From: Myxococcota bacterium | GTDB lineage: Bacteria > Myxococcota_A > UBA796 > UBA2385 | Assembly: GCA_044344255.1 (NCBI GenBank) | Contig: JBIJDH010000001.1 | Span: 288,001-352,000, forward strand | Length of the DNA stretch: 64,000 bases | Direction: 5' to 3' | Shown: one piece after another, positions 1-9,280 of the stretch | Position numbering within the stretch: the stretch's first letter is position 1 | Layout of the letters: every line of letters begins with the position of its first letter | The notes under the pieces: generated by a model | The model's database searches: none | What the model was told of the DNA's origin: nothing | What the model saw: the letters and a program-made list of their open reading frames with translations, nothing else | Position numbers and translations under genes: made by a program

Positions 1-1
1 C

Positions 2-2122
2 TTGAATTTCATCACCCGGCTCAATGAGCAGCGGGAGCCCTTACGGAGACAGCTCGGTCGGCCGTTGGTGCTCGTGCTCCCCCTCGCGGAGCTGCCGCGG
101 ATTCGGAGCCTCGCGCCCGATCTCTGGGCCATCCGGGACTTCACGATCGAGGTGGGGGACTGGCTCAGACCAGAGCCTCCGGCGACAGAGCGCGCGGCGC
201 CGCCCGCGCCGGCTCGGTTTCCATTGGACGCGGAGGGTGAGGCGGCGGTGGCGGAGTGGCAGCGGATTCAGCGACGCGCTGCCAGCCAGCCTCCCGACAC
301 GTCCAGACCCATCGACCGCGGCGTGATCCTCGCCGGTTCTCGCGCCTTAGACGGCTTCCTCCGCGCCGCCTGGGTGGAGGAGGCCACCGCCCTCGCGGCC
401 CAGTTGCTGGAGCGCAATCGAGCCCGAGCCGCCGCCGAGGGCGAGACCCCCGAGGCCCTTCGCGACCTCTCCATCTCTCTGGACTATGTCGGCGGCGCGG
501 CGGAGATGCGGGGGGACGGGGAGGCCGCGACGGCGGCCTACACCGAGAGCCTGGAGCTCCGACGGACCCTCCTTCGCCGCCTCGGCGAGACTCCAGATGC
601 CCTCCGAGACCTCTCCATCTCGCTCAACAAGGTTGGCGGCGCGGCGGAGAGGCGGGGGGACGGGAAGGCCGCGGCGGCGGCATACGCCGAGAGCCTGGAG
701 CTCAGCCGGAACCTGCTGCGACGACTCGGTAAGACCCACGAGGCCCGCCGAGACCTAGCCGTCTCACTGGACAATGTCGGGGGGGCCGCGGCGAAGCGGG
801 GGGACTGGGAGGGGGCCGCCTCCGCCTACGCGGAGAGCCTGGAGATCAGCCGAACCCTCCTGCGCAGACTCGGCGAGACCCCCGAGACCCTCCGCGACCT
901 CTCCGTATCGCTCAACAAAGTCGGGCGGGCCGCGGCGAAGCGAGGGGACTGGGAGGGGGCCGCCTCCGCCTACGCGGAGAGCCTGGAGATCAGCCGAACC
1001 CTCCTGCGCAGACTCGGCGAGACCCCCGAGACCCTCCGCGACCTCTCCGTCTCTCTTGAAAAGGTCGGGGGGACCGCGGAGAGGCGGGGGGACTGGGAGG
1101 CGGCCGCTTCCGCCTACGGGGAGAGCCTGGCGCTCCGCCGCACCCTCCTTCGCAGACTCGGCGAGACCCCCGAGGCCCTGCGAGACCTCTCCGTCTCTCT
1201 TGAAAAGATAGGGGGGGCCGCGGAGAGGCGGGGGGACTGGGAGGGGGCCGCCTCCGCTCATGGGGAGAGCCTAGAGCTCAGCCGCACCCTCCTTCGGCGA
1301 CTCGGTGAGACCCCCGCGGCCCTGCGAGACCTCTCCGTCTCGCTTGAAAAGGTCGGGGGTGCCGCTGCGAAGCGAGGAGACTGGGAGGGTGCAGCCATCG
1401 CTTACGCGGAAAGCCTGGAGCTTAGCAGGACCCTCCTTCGCCGTTTCGGCGAGACCCCCGAGGCCCTGCGCGACCTCTCCGTTTCGCTCAACAAGGTCGG
1501 GGGAGCCGCGTTGACGCGGGCGGACTGGGAGGGGGCTGCCGCCTCCTATGGAGAGAGCCTGGAGATCAGCCGCACCCTCCTTTGCCGACTCGGCGAGACC
1601 CCCGAGGCCCTGCGAGACCTCTCCGTCTCGCTGAACCTTGTCGGGGGGGCCGCGGCGAAGCGGGGGGATTGGGAGGGGGCCGCCGCCGCCTACGGAGAGG
1701 GCCTGGAGCTCAGCCGCACCCTCTTTCGCCGACTCGGCGAGACCCCCGAGGCCCTGCGCGACCTCTCTGTCTCGCTGGACAAGGTCGGGGGGGCCGCGGA
1801 GAAGCGGGGGGACTGGGAGGGGGCCGCCTCCGCCTACAGGCAGAGCCTGGAGCTCAGCCGGACCCTCCTTCGCCGCCTCGGCGAGACCCCCGAGGCCCTG
1901 CGCGACCTCTCCATCTCGCTGCACAACATGGGTCGAGTATCCGCAGCGCGGGGGGCCACGGCGGAGGCGCGGGGGCGCTTTATGGAGGGGCTGGAGCTCG
2001 CCCGCACCCTCGCCCTACGCCTCCCGACGCTCCCCGCGTACACCGAGCTCCCCCCCTTCTTCGAGCGCTCCCTCGCCGGTCTCCCCGCGGAGGATTGCGG
2101 AGCAGCGGGGCCCCGGGGCTGA
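2..2122 (+). CDS. TPR-repeat protein (11 x 48-aa repeats), probably 5'-truncated by the window edge; N-terminus resembles an inactive STAND-like domain
   Basis: Repeats of ETPEALRDLSVSLxxVGGAAxxRGDWEGAASAYxESLELSRTLLRRLG; N-terminal LNEQRE...LVLVLP...APDLW motif; frame open at window start. Confidence 0.85.
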   Translation: MNFITRLNEQREPLRRQLGRPLVLVLPLAELPRIRSLAPDLWAIRDFTIEVGDWLRPEPPATERAAPPAPARFPLDAEGEAAVAEWQRIQRRAASQPPDTSRPIDRGVILAGSRALDGFLRAAWVEEATALAAQLLERNRARAAAEGETPEALRDLSISLDYVGGAAEMRGDGEAATAAYTESLELRRTLLRRLGETPDALRDLSISLNKVGGAAERRGDGKAAAAAYAESLELSRNLLRRLGKTHEARRDLAVSLDNVGGAAAKRGDWEGAASAYAESLEISRTLLRRLGETPETLRDLSVSLNKVGRAAAKRGDWEGAASAYAESLEISRTLLRRLGETPETLRDLSVSLEKVGGTAERRGDWEAAASAYGESLALRRTLLRRLGETPEALRDLSVSLEKIGGAAERRGDWEGAASAHGESLELSRTLLRRLGETPAALRDLSVSLEKVGGAAAKRGDWEGAAIAYAESLELSRTLLRRFGETPEALRDLSVSLNKVGGAALTRADWEGAAASYGESLEISRTLLCRLGETPEALRDLSVSLNLVGGAAAKRGDWEGAAAAYGEGLELSRTLFRRLGETPEALRDLSVSLDKVGGAAEKRGDWEGAASAYRQSLELSRTLLRRLGETPEALRDLSISLHNMGRVSAARGATAEARGRFMEGLELARTLALRLPTLPAYTELPPFFERSLAGLPAEDCGAAGPRG
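443..1935 (+). repeat. 144-bp intragenic tandem repeat, about 11 units
   Basis: gagacccccgaggccct-like anchor recurs every 144 nt from 443 to 1883. Confidence 0.95.
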
Positions 2123-2204
2123 GCGGCCCGCGCCCCGCCCTGCGGGGGGCCCGTGATACGGTCCCCTCCCCCCGCCGCTGCGGGGCCGGCCCCCGGAGCG
2201 CCCC

Positions 2205-3341
2205 ATGCGAAGGCTGATGACCCGCCGCCTCCCCGGAGACCCGCCCGGCGCCGAGCGGGTCTGCTGGTGGGACTTCCGATCGATCCCCGAGGGCTGGACG
2301 CTGGAGATCCCCTGGGTCGATCCCGGGGGGCCAGGCGCGCGGCCCTCGGTGCCGGCCCAGGCCGAGGCGCTGGCCGTGCGCGGCCTCACGGTCGACAGCT
2401 TCGGGCGGGTGGTGCTCGACCTGCCGGCCCACGCCGCGCTGCTGGCCGAGCTCGACTTCGAGGGCCCCCCCTGGGCCGCGCTGGACGCCCTCGACGCCAT
2501 GACCGCCCGACAGGCGGCGGGTGACCTCGCGGGGGCGCTCCAGGAGTCGGTCCTGCTGCGCGACCACGCGCCGGGCTGGGCGGAGGGGCGGCGGCGACGG
2601 CTCCACCTCCTCCTCCACGGCGCCCGCGACGCCGACGCCGCCGAGGCCGACCTCGACAGCATCCCCGGGGGCACCCTGCCGCCCGACGAGCTCCGCCGCG
2701 AGCGGCAGACCCTCTCCCTCCTCCGGGACGACTGGGTGGCCTACGCGGGGGCCCAGGCCGAGATGATCGCCGACGGGGCGCGGGAGCCCGCCTCCTTCGA
2801 GGTGCTGGGCCTCGCCTTTTGGGCGGCGGGGGAGCTCGACCGCGCGCTCCAGGCCCTCCACGACGGCCTCCAGGCGCACCCGGGCCACCGCGACCTCGCG
2901 CTGCGCGCCGCCGAGGTGCTCGAGGCCCAGGGCCGGCACGCAGACGCTCTCTCCACCCTCGACGGCCTCACCCAGGAGGGCCCGCCGCACAGCAAGACCC
3001 TCGCCCTCCGCGGCTGGCTGCGCCGGAACGACGACCCCACGGTCGCCGCCGCCGACTGGGCCGCCGCCCTCACGCTCGACCCCGAGCAGGCCGTCGCTCG
3101 GGTGGGCCGCGGGCTCCAGCGCCTCGCCGCCGGTGACCTCGAGGGCGCCCGCGCCGACCTCGCCCCCTTCACCCACTGCGGCTGGACCGAGGCCGCCGAC
3201 GCCTGGGCCCGCTACTGCGCCGCCGCGGGGGAGCCCGCGCCCGAGGTGCTGCCGGGGCACGGGCACGACCACAGTCACGACCATGAGCACGACCACGACC
3301 ACGACCCCGCGCACGACCCCGATCCCGGCGCCGGGCGCTGA
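2205..3341 (+). CDS. TPR-containing protein with His/Asp-rich C-terminal tail
   Basis: TPR-like helices in the C-terminal half; tail HGHDHSHDHEHDHDHD. Confidence 0.7.
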   Translation: MRRLMTRRLPGDPPGAERVCWWDFRSIPEGWTLEIPWVDPGGPGARPSVPAQAEALAVRGLTVDSFGRVVLDLPAHAALLAELDFEGPPWAALDALDAMTARQAAGDLAGALQESVLLRDHAPGWAEGRRRRLHLLLHGARDADAAEADLDSIPGGTLPPDELRRERQTLSLLRDDWVAYAGAQAEMIADGAREPASFEVLGLAFWAAGELDRALQALHDGLQAHPGHRDLALRAAEVLEAQGRHADALSTLDGLTQEGPPHSKTLALRGWLRRNDDPTVAAADWAAALTLDPEQAVARVGRGLQRLAAGDLEGARADLAPFTHCGWTEAADAWARYCAAAGEPAPEVLPGHGHDHSHDHEHDHDHDPAHDPDPGAGR

Positions 3342-3344
3342 GCC

Positions 3345-4028
3345 ATGTGGTCGCGACTCCCGAGCCCGGCCGAGCTCTGCTTCTTCCAAGAACACGGCTG
3401 GCTGGCGGTCGAGGACGCCGTCCCCCTGCCGCTGATCGAGGCCCTCGCCGCCCGGGCGGCGCGGGTGCACGACGAGCCCAGCCTCTCCATCCGCCAGCCG
3501 GGGACGCGCCCCGAGGATGAGCCGGGGGACTACGTGCTCCAGTCGATGCTCACGCTCGTCTGGCCGGGCTGGACGGCCGAGCCGCTCCAGGCCTGGACCA
3601 GGCGCTTCGCCGGCGCCCTGCTCGGCGGGCCGGCCCGCTTCTGGTACGAGCAGCTCCTCGAGAAGCCGCCCCGCCACGGCTCGGCCACCTGGTGGCACCA
3701 GGACGGCGCCTCGCTCCCGCCGGGGGCTGGCGAGCGGCTCCTCTCCTGCTGGTTGCCGCTCCAGGACGTCGACGAGGGCCGCGGCTGCATGCGCTTCCTC
3801 GACGGCGCCCACCGGGGCGGCCCGCTCCCCCATGAGCTCGAGGCCGACCTCATCGGCGGGGACGCCTGCGCCCGCGGGGCCTGCGCGGTCGACCCAGCGG
3901 CGGTGGTCACGGTGCCGCTCCGCCGCGGCGGCCTCAGCTTCCACCACGGCATGACCCCGCACGCGGCGACGGCCAACCGCTCGTCGGAGTGGCGCTCGGT
4001 GCTTATCCAGCGCTTCGTCCTCGACTGA
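3345..4028 (+). CDS. Phytanoyl-CoA dioxygenase (PhyH) family Fe(II)/2OG oxygenase
   Basis: FFQEHGW, WHQD (HxD), HHGMTPH, NRSSEWR motifs; 3 nt after upstream stop. Confidence 0.9.
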   Translation: MWSRLPSPAELCFFQEHGWLAVEDAVPLPLIEALAARAARVHDEPSLSIRQPGTRPEDEPGDYVLQSMLTLVWPGWTAEPLQAWTRRFAGALLGGPARFWYEQLLEKPPRHGSATWWHQDGASLPPGAGERLLSCWLPLQDVDEGRGCMRFLDGAHRGGPLPHELEADLIGGDACARGACAVDPAAVVTVPLRRGGLSFHHGMTPHAATANRSSEWRSVLIQRFVLD

Positions 4029-4084
4029 GGCCCCGCCCGCTCGTCGTCCCCGCTCGCTCGTCGCCCCCGCACCCGGATCCCCGC

Positions 4085-5161
4085 ATGAAGCCCTGCACCC
4101 CCGCGGCCGAGGCCTCCGCCGAGCGCGCGGCCCGCCGCACGTCGCGTAAGGAGGCGAACCCCCTCTGGAAGGGCGGGCGCTTCGCCAACCCCTCCGGGAA
4201 GGGGCCGAACATGGACCTCATCGGCGGGGTGGGCGTGGCCTCCGAGATGATGAAGTCGAAGGCCCAGCGGCGGCCCCCCTTCACCCTGCCGCTGGTCTCA
4301 CCGCTCGACGACTGGCGGCGGCAACCCTCCACCGGCCTCCGCTCCACCTGGCTCGGTCACTCCACGGTGCTGCTCGAGGTAGACGGGGCGCGCATCCTCA
4401 CCGATCCCGTCTGGTCGCAGCGGGCGAGCCCCTCGCAGCTCGTCGGGCCGCGGCGCTTCCACCCGCCCCCGGTGGCGATCGAGGCGCTGCCGCCCCTGCA
4501 CGCCATCCTCGTCAGCCACGACCACTACGACCACCTCGACGCCGAGGCCGTCGGCCGCCTCGCCGCCACCCAGTCCTGCCCCTTCTTCACGGCGCTGGGC
4601 GTGGGGGCGCACCTCGAGCGCTTCGGCGTGCCCCCCGAGCGCATCGTCGAGCTCGAGTGGTGGCAGGACGCCGAGATCCCCGGCACCGACGTGGGCATCA
4701 CCGCCGCGCCAGCCCAGCACTTCTCCGGCCGCGGCCCGCTCGACCGTAACGCCACCCTCTGGGCCAGCTACGCCTTCATCGGCCCGCGCCACCGGGTCTT
4801 CTTCTCCGGCGACACCGGCCTCGAGCCCGCCTTCGAGGAGGTGGCCCGCCGCCTCGGGCCCTTTGACCTCACGCTCCTCGAGATCGGCGCCTTCCACACC
4901 GCCTGGGGCGACATCCACCTCGGCCCCTGGCAGGCCCAGGAGGCGCTCAAGGCCCTCGGCGGGAGCCCGCTGCTGCCCGTACACTGGAGCACCTTCGACC
5001 TCGCGATCCACGCCTGGGACGAGCCCATCCAGGTGCTCGCGGAGGCCGCGGGGGCCGGCAAGCTCGCCCTCATCGCCCCCCGCATCGGCGAGGTGCGCGA
5101 CCTCGGCGACGAGGCGATGGCCCGGCGGCAGCTCGACCCCTGGTGGCGGGCCGCCGGCTGA
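4085..5161 (+). CDS. MBL-fold metallo-hydrolase (NAPE-PLD/RomA-like)
   Basis: TWLGHST, ILTDPVWS, SHDHYDHLD, AQHFSGR, FSGDTG, PVHWSTF; start at ATG 4085 is my choice. Confidence 0.9.
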   Translation: MKPCTPAAEASAERAARRTSRKEANPLWKGGRFANPSGKGPNMDLIGGVGVASEMMKSKAQRRPPFTLPLVSPLDDWRRQPSTGLRSTWLGHSTVLLEVDGARILTDPVWSQRASPSQLVGPRRFHPPPVAIEALPPLHAILVSHDHYDHLDAEAVGRLAATQSCPFFTALGVGAHLERFGVPPERIVELEWWQDAEIPGTDVGITAAPAQHFSGRGPLDRNATLWASYAFIGPRHRVFFSGDTGLEPAFEEVARRLGPFDLTLLEIGAFHTAWGDIHLGPWQAQEALKALGGSPLLPVHWSTFDLAIHAWDEPIQVLAEAAGAGKLALIAPRIGEVRDLGDEAMARRQLDPWWRAAG

Positions 5162-5173
5162 TCCGTCGGGGCG

Positions 5174-6706
5174 CTACCGCCGGCGCCGAGCCCCGAGGAG
5201 GCCGACGAGCAGGAGCCCCGCCCCGAGGGGCGCCGCGCCGCGGGTGCCCGAGGCGCCGCAGCCGCAGCCCGCCTTGCCGGAGGCCGCCTCGCCGCCCCCC
5301 GCGGCCTCGGCGGGGGCGTCGCGGAGGTAGCGGTAGCCCGTGACCACCCGGGGCTCCCCCTCGACGAGCCACTGCGCCCGCACCCGCAGGCCCGCCGCGG
5401 GCGCGTCAAAGCGGCGCGCGCTCTCGAAGGGATCGGCGTCCACGTCGAGCTCCTCGACCACGGCGCCGTCTACGATCCACTGGAGGCGCCCCCCCGGGCC
5501 ACCGGTGACGGTGGCGGTGAGCCCGCTGGAGTCGGGGATGTCCTCCCCTGCGGCGGGCTCGGCGTCGGCGGAGAGGTCAAGGAAGGGGTCGCCCGGGCCC
5601 TGGAGCTGGATGACGGTGCGCCCGGCGCGGAGGCCCTCGAGGATGCCCGCCTCATCGAGCTGCTCGGCCCAGACCCAGGTGGTGGGGCTGCCGATGGGGC
5701 TGCCGGTGGCCCCCTCATCCTCGCCGGCCTTGTGGTCGTCGCTGCCGCCCACGGGCGTCACCCGGTGGCCGAGGTCGAGCCAGGACTCCCAGAGCGCCAC
5801 GTTGTCCTCGAAGAAGAGCTTGCCGACCGGGGCCCAGCCCCCGGTGATGAGCTCGATGCCCCCCACGGCGGCGGGGTCCAGGGGCTGCTCCCAGGCGCAG
5901 CCGATACAGAGCTCCCCGAGGTCGAGGCTCGGGTGGTTGACCACCAGGAAGGCCCCCTGGGCCGAGATCGCCGCCGCCGCCGCCTCGATGGTGGCGCCGT
6001 CGAGCCCGACGCGGTGGTTGACCCACTCGGTCGCCCCCACGGCACCGGCGTGCCCGTCGTAGGTGGTGAACTCGATGCCGGGGAGGAAGAGGAGCTCCGG
6101 CCAGCGGGCCTGGGCGGCCACGAGCAGGGCGTCCTGGGAGACGGTGTTGTGGTCGCTGATCACCACGAAGTCGAGGCCGTTCTCCACGGCCTCGGCGCCG
6201 ATCTCGTCGAGGGTGGGGCTGGCGTCGCCGCTGTCGCGGGAGTGGACGTGCAGGTCACCCGCGAACCAGCCGGGCCCGCTCTGGAGGGGGGCCGCCGCGA
6301 CGTAGGGCTCCCGGCCGGCCTCGGGGGCGAGGGTGGCGGCGGTGCGGAGCGTCACGGTGACGGCGTAGGTCGCCGGTCGCTCGGTCACCTTCGCCTTGCC
6401 GACGACCACATTCCAGGTGCCCGCGGGCATGGGGCCCGGCAGGTAGCTCCGCGAGGCCGCCTCGAGGCCCACCACGGCGGGCTCGCTGTTGCCGCCGCCC
6501 CAGCCCCGGAAGCCGTCGGGGTCATCGAGGCCCCAGTCGAGGATGTTCTCGCTCGAGAGGTCATCATGGGCGACCTCGATCTCCACCACCCCCGAGGGCA
6601 CCTCGAAGGGCAGGAGGAAGTGGTCGGGCCCGCCCTCGGGGACCTCGCCCTCGAGGGTGAGCACGGTGTCGTCAGCGCGGGCGAAGGAGCAGAGGAGGAG
6701 CCACAT
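5174..6706 (-). CDS. CehA/McbA-like PHP metallohydrolase with MYXO-CTERM-like anchor
   Basis: GDLHVHSRDSGD, SDHN, NHP, GGSDDH; C-terminal GCGC-linker-hydrophobic-RRRR; signal peptide. Confidence 0.85.
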   Translation of the reverse strand: MWLLLCSFARADDTVLTLEGEVPEGGPDHFLLPFEVPSGVVEIEVAHDDLSSENILDWGLDDPDGFRGWGGGNSEPAVVGLEAASRSYLPGPMPAGTWNVVVGKAKVTERPATYAVTVTLRTAATLAPEAGREPYVAAAPLQSGPGWFAGDLHVHSRDSGDASPTLDEIGAEAVENGLDFVVISDHNTVSQDALLVAAQARWPELLFLPGIEFTTYDGHAGAVGATEWVNHRVGLDGATIEAAAAAISAQGAFLVVNHPSLDLGELCIGCAWEQPLDPAAVGGIELITGGWAPVGKLFFEDNVALWESWLDLGHRVTPVGGSDDHKAGEDEGATGSPIGSPTTWVWAEQLDEAGILEGLRAGRTVIQLQGPGDPFLDLSADAEPAAGEDIPDSSGLTATVTGGPGGRLQWIVDGAVVEELDVDADPFESARRFDAPAAGLRVRAQWLVEGEPRVVTGYRYLRDAPAEAAGGGEAASGKAGCGCGASGTRGAAPLGAGLLLVGLLGARRRR

Positions 6707-6738
6707 GGCGCCAGCCTAACCGGCGGTGGGAGGGGGTC

Positions 6739-7374
6739 TCAGGCCCCGCCTTCAGACCCGTCCGGGCCGGCTCCGGTGCCGCCGCGGGCGCTGGGGCTCT
6801 CGTCGTCCTCGACGTCATCGAAGAGGTCCGCGATGAGCAGCTCGATGGCCTCAAAGGGCTCGGCGCGGACCAGGGCCTCCCGACCGCGGTCAAGCACGAC
6901 GCGGTAGCCGAGCTCCGCCCAGCGGTGCACCCGCAGCGCCTCGCGAGCGGAGTCGAGGATCCAATAGTGGGGGATCGCGGCCTCGTGGTAGATGCGCACC
7001 TTGTCGAGGAGATCGACCACCGCGTTCGACCGGGAGAGGACCTCACAGACCCAGTCGGGCCGCACCCGGCACGGGAACGTGTCGGGGAGGCGGGGGAGCC
7101 GCTCGCGGCGCCACCCGGCGACGTCGGAGCGGACGATGGTGTCGGGTCCAAGCTGGATCTCGCACTCGCTGGCGAAGCGCCAGCCCCCCGGGCCCCGCGG
7201 CCCGCCTGGGCGCCGACGAAAGGGCCCGAGCGCCTCGCCCACCGCGAGCTGGCTGGCGCCGTGTCGCGCCACCGGGAGCGCCTTCCGCACGAGCTCGCCC
7301 GCGAGGAGCTCGTGGTGACGCTCCCCCTCGGGGATGGCGAAGAGGTCGGCCGGCGTGGCGTAGGGGGTCTTCAA
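6739..7374 (-). CDS. Uma2 (DUF820) family endonuclease
   Basis: ELLAGEL, SDVAGWRRER, PDWVCEVLSRS, DKVRIY, PHYWILD. Confidence 0.9.
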   Translation of the reverse strand: MKTPYATPADLFAIPEGERHHELLAGELVRKALPVARHGASQLAVGEALGPFRRRPGGPRGPGGWRFASECEIQLGPDTIVRSDVAGWRRERLPRLPDTFPCRVRPDWVCEVLSRSNAVVDLLDKVRIYHEAAIPHYWILDSAREALRVHRWAELGYRVVLDRGREALVRAEPFEAIELLIADLFDDVEDDESPSARGGTGAGPDGSEGGA

Positions 7375-7401
7375 GGCAGTGCTGGACCTGCCCGCAGGCT
7401 A

Positions 7402-8508
7402 TCACCCGCCCAGGCCAGGACCCAGCGACCCGCGCCGCCCCCCGGGGGCTCCGCCCTTCACCGCCTCGAGGGCGTGGCAGCGGTAGACGTGGCTGCTCCG
7501 CAGGTGGCGGTGTAGGACCCACTCGAGCCCGTCCACGTCCTGTTCGAGCGAGAAGGCGAGCTCGGGGGCGAAGGCGGGCAGCTCACCGCGGAGGAGGGCG
7601 CGCAGCGCGGCGGCGGGATCGAGATCCTCCGCCGTGGCGCGCACCGCCTCCCCGAGGCGGGCCCCCGGCGGTGTGCAGCGCGGTGACCAGTCGTAGGGGC
7701 TCGACAGGGCGAGGCGCCCCCCGGGCCTCAGCACGGCGTTCATCTGCCGGAGGAAGGTGACCGGCGCGCCGAGGTTGTCGAGCACGTGGTAGGCCATCAC
7801 CCCGTCAAAGGTCTCGGCGGCGAAGGGCGGGTCCAAGAGGTCGGCGGCGAGGATCAAGGCGCGGGCGGGGTCCAGCCCCAGAGGCCGCTCGATCTCCATC
7901 GGCACGAAGTCCCCTCCCCCGTTCCGCCAGCCCGGCACCGTCACCCGGCCCTCCCGGAGCAGGCGGGAGAGGCCGCGGAGCGCCCCGAGGTCGGTGTCGA
8001 CCGCGATGACCCGCGCGCCGAGCGACAGGGCCGAGAGCGTGGCCGGCCCGAAGCCGCAGCCGGCGTCGAGCAGGAGGGGGTCCTGCGCGCGGTCGATCCA
8101 GGCGGCCCGGCGCGCGGCATAGTGCCGCTCGGCGGGGCAGGCGGGGCCCTCCGAGAGGCTGCGGCCATAGATGGCGAGCATCTGCCGGTGCCAGTTCGGG
8201 TCCTCCTCCTCGGTCCAGGCGCCGCGCAGCCAGTGCTCGAGGGCGGGGTGGAGGTCAGCCCGCCACAGGAGGGGGCGCTCCTGCTGGCGGAGATAGCTGG
8301 CGGTGTCCTTCAAGATCACGGCCACCCCGTCGACCACCGGGTAGCGGGCGCCGCAGGCGGGGCAGCGGAGCAGGGCCTCGGTGATGACGCCGCCCTGCTC
8401 GGCGAAGACGGCGTCGAGCCCGAGGGGGGCGCTGTGGTAGACGCCGCTCCGGGGGCCGCGGCAGGCGGGGCAGCAGAGGAGGGACTGAGAGAGGGCGGCC
8501 GAGAGCAT
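7402..8508 (-). CDS. Class I SAM methyltransferase with N-terminal Trm112-like Zn ribbon
   Basis: CPAC...CPACGARYPVVDGV; LLDAGCGFG; VLRPGGRL; start at ATG 8508 is my choice (alternative 8544). Confidence 0.8.
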   Translation of the reverse strand: MLSAALSQSLLCCPACRGPRSGVYHSAPLGLDAVFAEQGGVITEALLRCPACGARYPVVDGVAVILKDTASYLRQQERPLLWRADLHPALEHWLRGAWTEEEDPNWHRQMLAIYGRSLSEGPACPAERHYAARRAAWIDRAQDPLLLDAGCGFGPATLSALSLGARVIAVDTDLGALRGLSRLLREGRVTVPGWRNGGGDFVPMEIERPLGLDPARALILAADLLDPPFAAETFDGVMAYHVLDNLGAPVTFLRQMNAVLRPGGRLALSSPYDWSPRCTPPGARLGEAVRATAEDLDPAAALRALLRGELPAFAPELAFSLEQDVDGLEWVLHRHLRSSHVYRCHALEAVKGGAPGGRRGSLGPGLGG

Positions 8509-8526
8509 GGGGGGAGTGTAGCGGGT
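8494..8526 (+). repeat. 33-bp direct repeat, copy 1 (copy 2 at 9203-9235)
   Basis: ggcggccgagagcatg[gg/ac]gggagtgtagcgggt, 31/33 identical; covers the methyltransferase start codon. Confidence 0.85.
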
Positions 8527-8557
8527 CGGCGTGGAGGTCGGCATCGACCTACGGGGC

Positions 8558-8579
8558 CGTCGGTTCGCCCTTCGGGGCC
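8558..8579 (+). repeat. 22-bp direct repeat, copy 1 (copy 2 at 14376-14397)
   Basis: cgtcg[g/t]ttcgcccttcggggcc, 21/22 identical. Confidence 0.8.
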
Positions 8580-8652
8580 GGCCGCCCGGGCAGGGAGCGC
8601 CATCTCCCCCATCGGAGAAGGGAGGTCAACGTAGGAGCTAACGCGGCTTCAG

Positions 8653-8701
8653 CCTCCCCCATCCTATGGGGGAGGTGCCGCCGCATCGGCGGCGGAGGGG
8701 G
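8653..8701. repeat. Palindromic REP-like element; 8668-8701 is an inverted repeat of 14293-14326
   Basis: Hairpin cctccccc-atcctat-gggggagg; 31/34 match to the reverse complement of 14293-14326. Confidence 0.75.
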
Positions 8702-8773
8702 ACGCTGGAGCGTCGTCGAGGGTGTCGGGCAGGTTGGCATGAGCGACTCGCTCCATGCGAGCGCCACACCCCC

Positions 8774-8923
8774 TCAGCCTCGAGCGGCTTGGGCGTGGTT
8801 GCGGGCGGCGAGGCGCCGAAGGTACTCGACGCCCTCGCTCCAATGGTCCGCACGGAGCCGTGTCGTGACCGTCGTCTTTCCCGCGCCGTTCGGCCCTGCG
8901 ATGACGAGCAGGGCCGGGTTCAC
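8774..8923 (-). pseudogene. Truncated zeta-toxin-like P-loop ATPase/kinase (49 codons)
   Basis: Hand translation VNPALLVIAGPNGAGKTTVTTRLRADHWSEGVEYL.. has Walker A, then stops; GTGA overlap with the upstream gene; not in the ORF track. Confidence 0.75.
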
Positions 8924-9120
8924 GAGACCGGGCTCGCCAGCCACTCGGCGGCGAAGCGCGCCCGTGCTTCCACCTGGAGCCGCTCGATCCGGACCCGCAT
9001 CTCCCGAAGGCTCTCTTCGCGCGCATCGCGGAGCCCCGCGAAGGCGTCGTGCATCAAGCGAGCCAGATCGTCGTCAGACGGCTCGTAGTCGGGGTCTGCG
9101 AGGTTGGTGCGGGCGGACAT
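8920..9120 (-). CDS. 66-aa helical protein, putative antitoxin partner
   Basis: MSARTNLADPDYEPSDDDLARLMHDAF...; translationally coupled to the P-loop ORF. Confidence 0.65.
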   Translation of the reverse strand: MSARTNLADPDYEPSDDDLARLMHDAFAGLRDAREESLREMRVRIERLQVEARARFAAEWLASPVS

Positions 9121-9202
9121 CGCTCGGCCATCGCGCAAGGAGCCTTCCATCGCCACGAGGGCGGGGTGGAGAGGAGGGACTGCGGGGAACGGACCGGGGG
9201 AA

Positions 9203-9235
9203 GGCGGCCGAGAGCATGACGGGAGTGTAGCGGGT
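9203..9235 (+). repeat. 33-bp direct repeat, copy 2
   Basis: Matches 8494-8526; gaggagggactg also recurs just upstream of both copies. Confidence 0.85.
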
Positions 9236-9280
9236 GGGGATTGTCGCAGGTCGGCGGGGGCCGGCGGAGGGGACCTGCGG

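Noticed and set aside
443..1935. Diversity-generating retroelement target
   Set aside because: No reverse transcriptase or separate template repeat in the window; changes are not confined to adenines
7402..8508. Ovothiol biosynthesis gene
   Set aside because: SSPYDW region loosely recalls OvoA-type methyltransferases, but there is no sulfoxide synthase domain or gene
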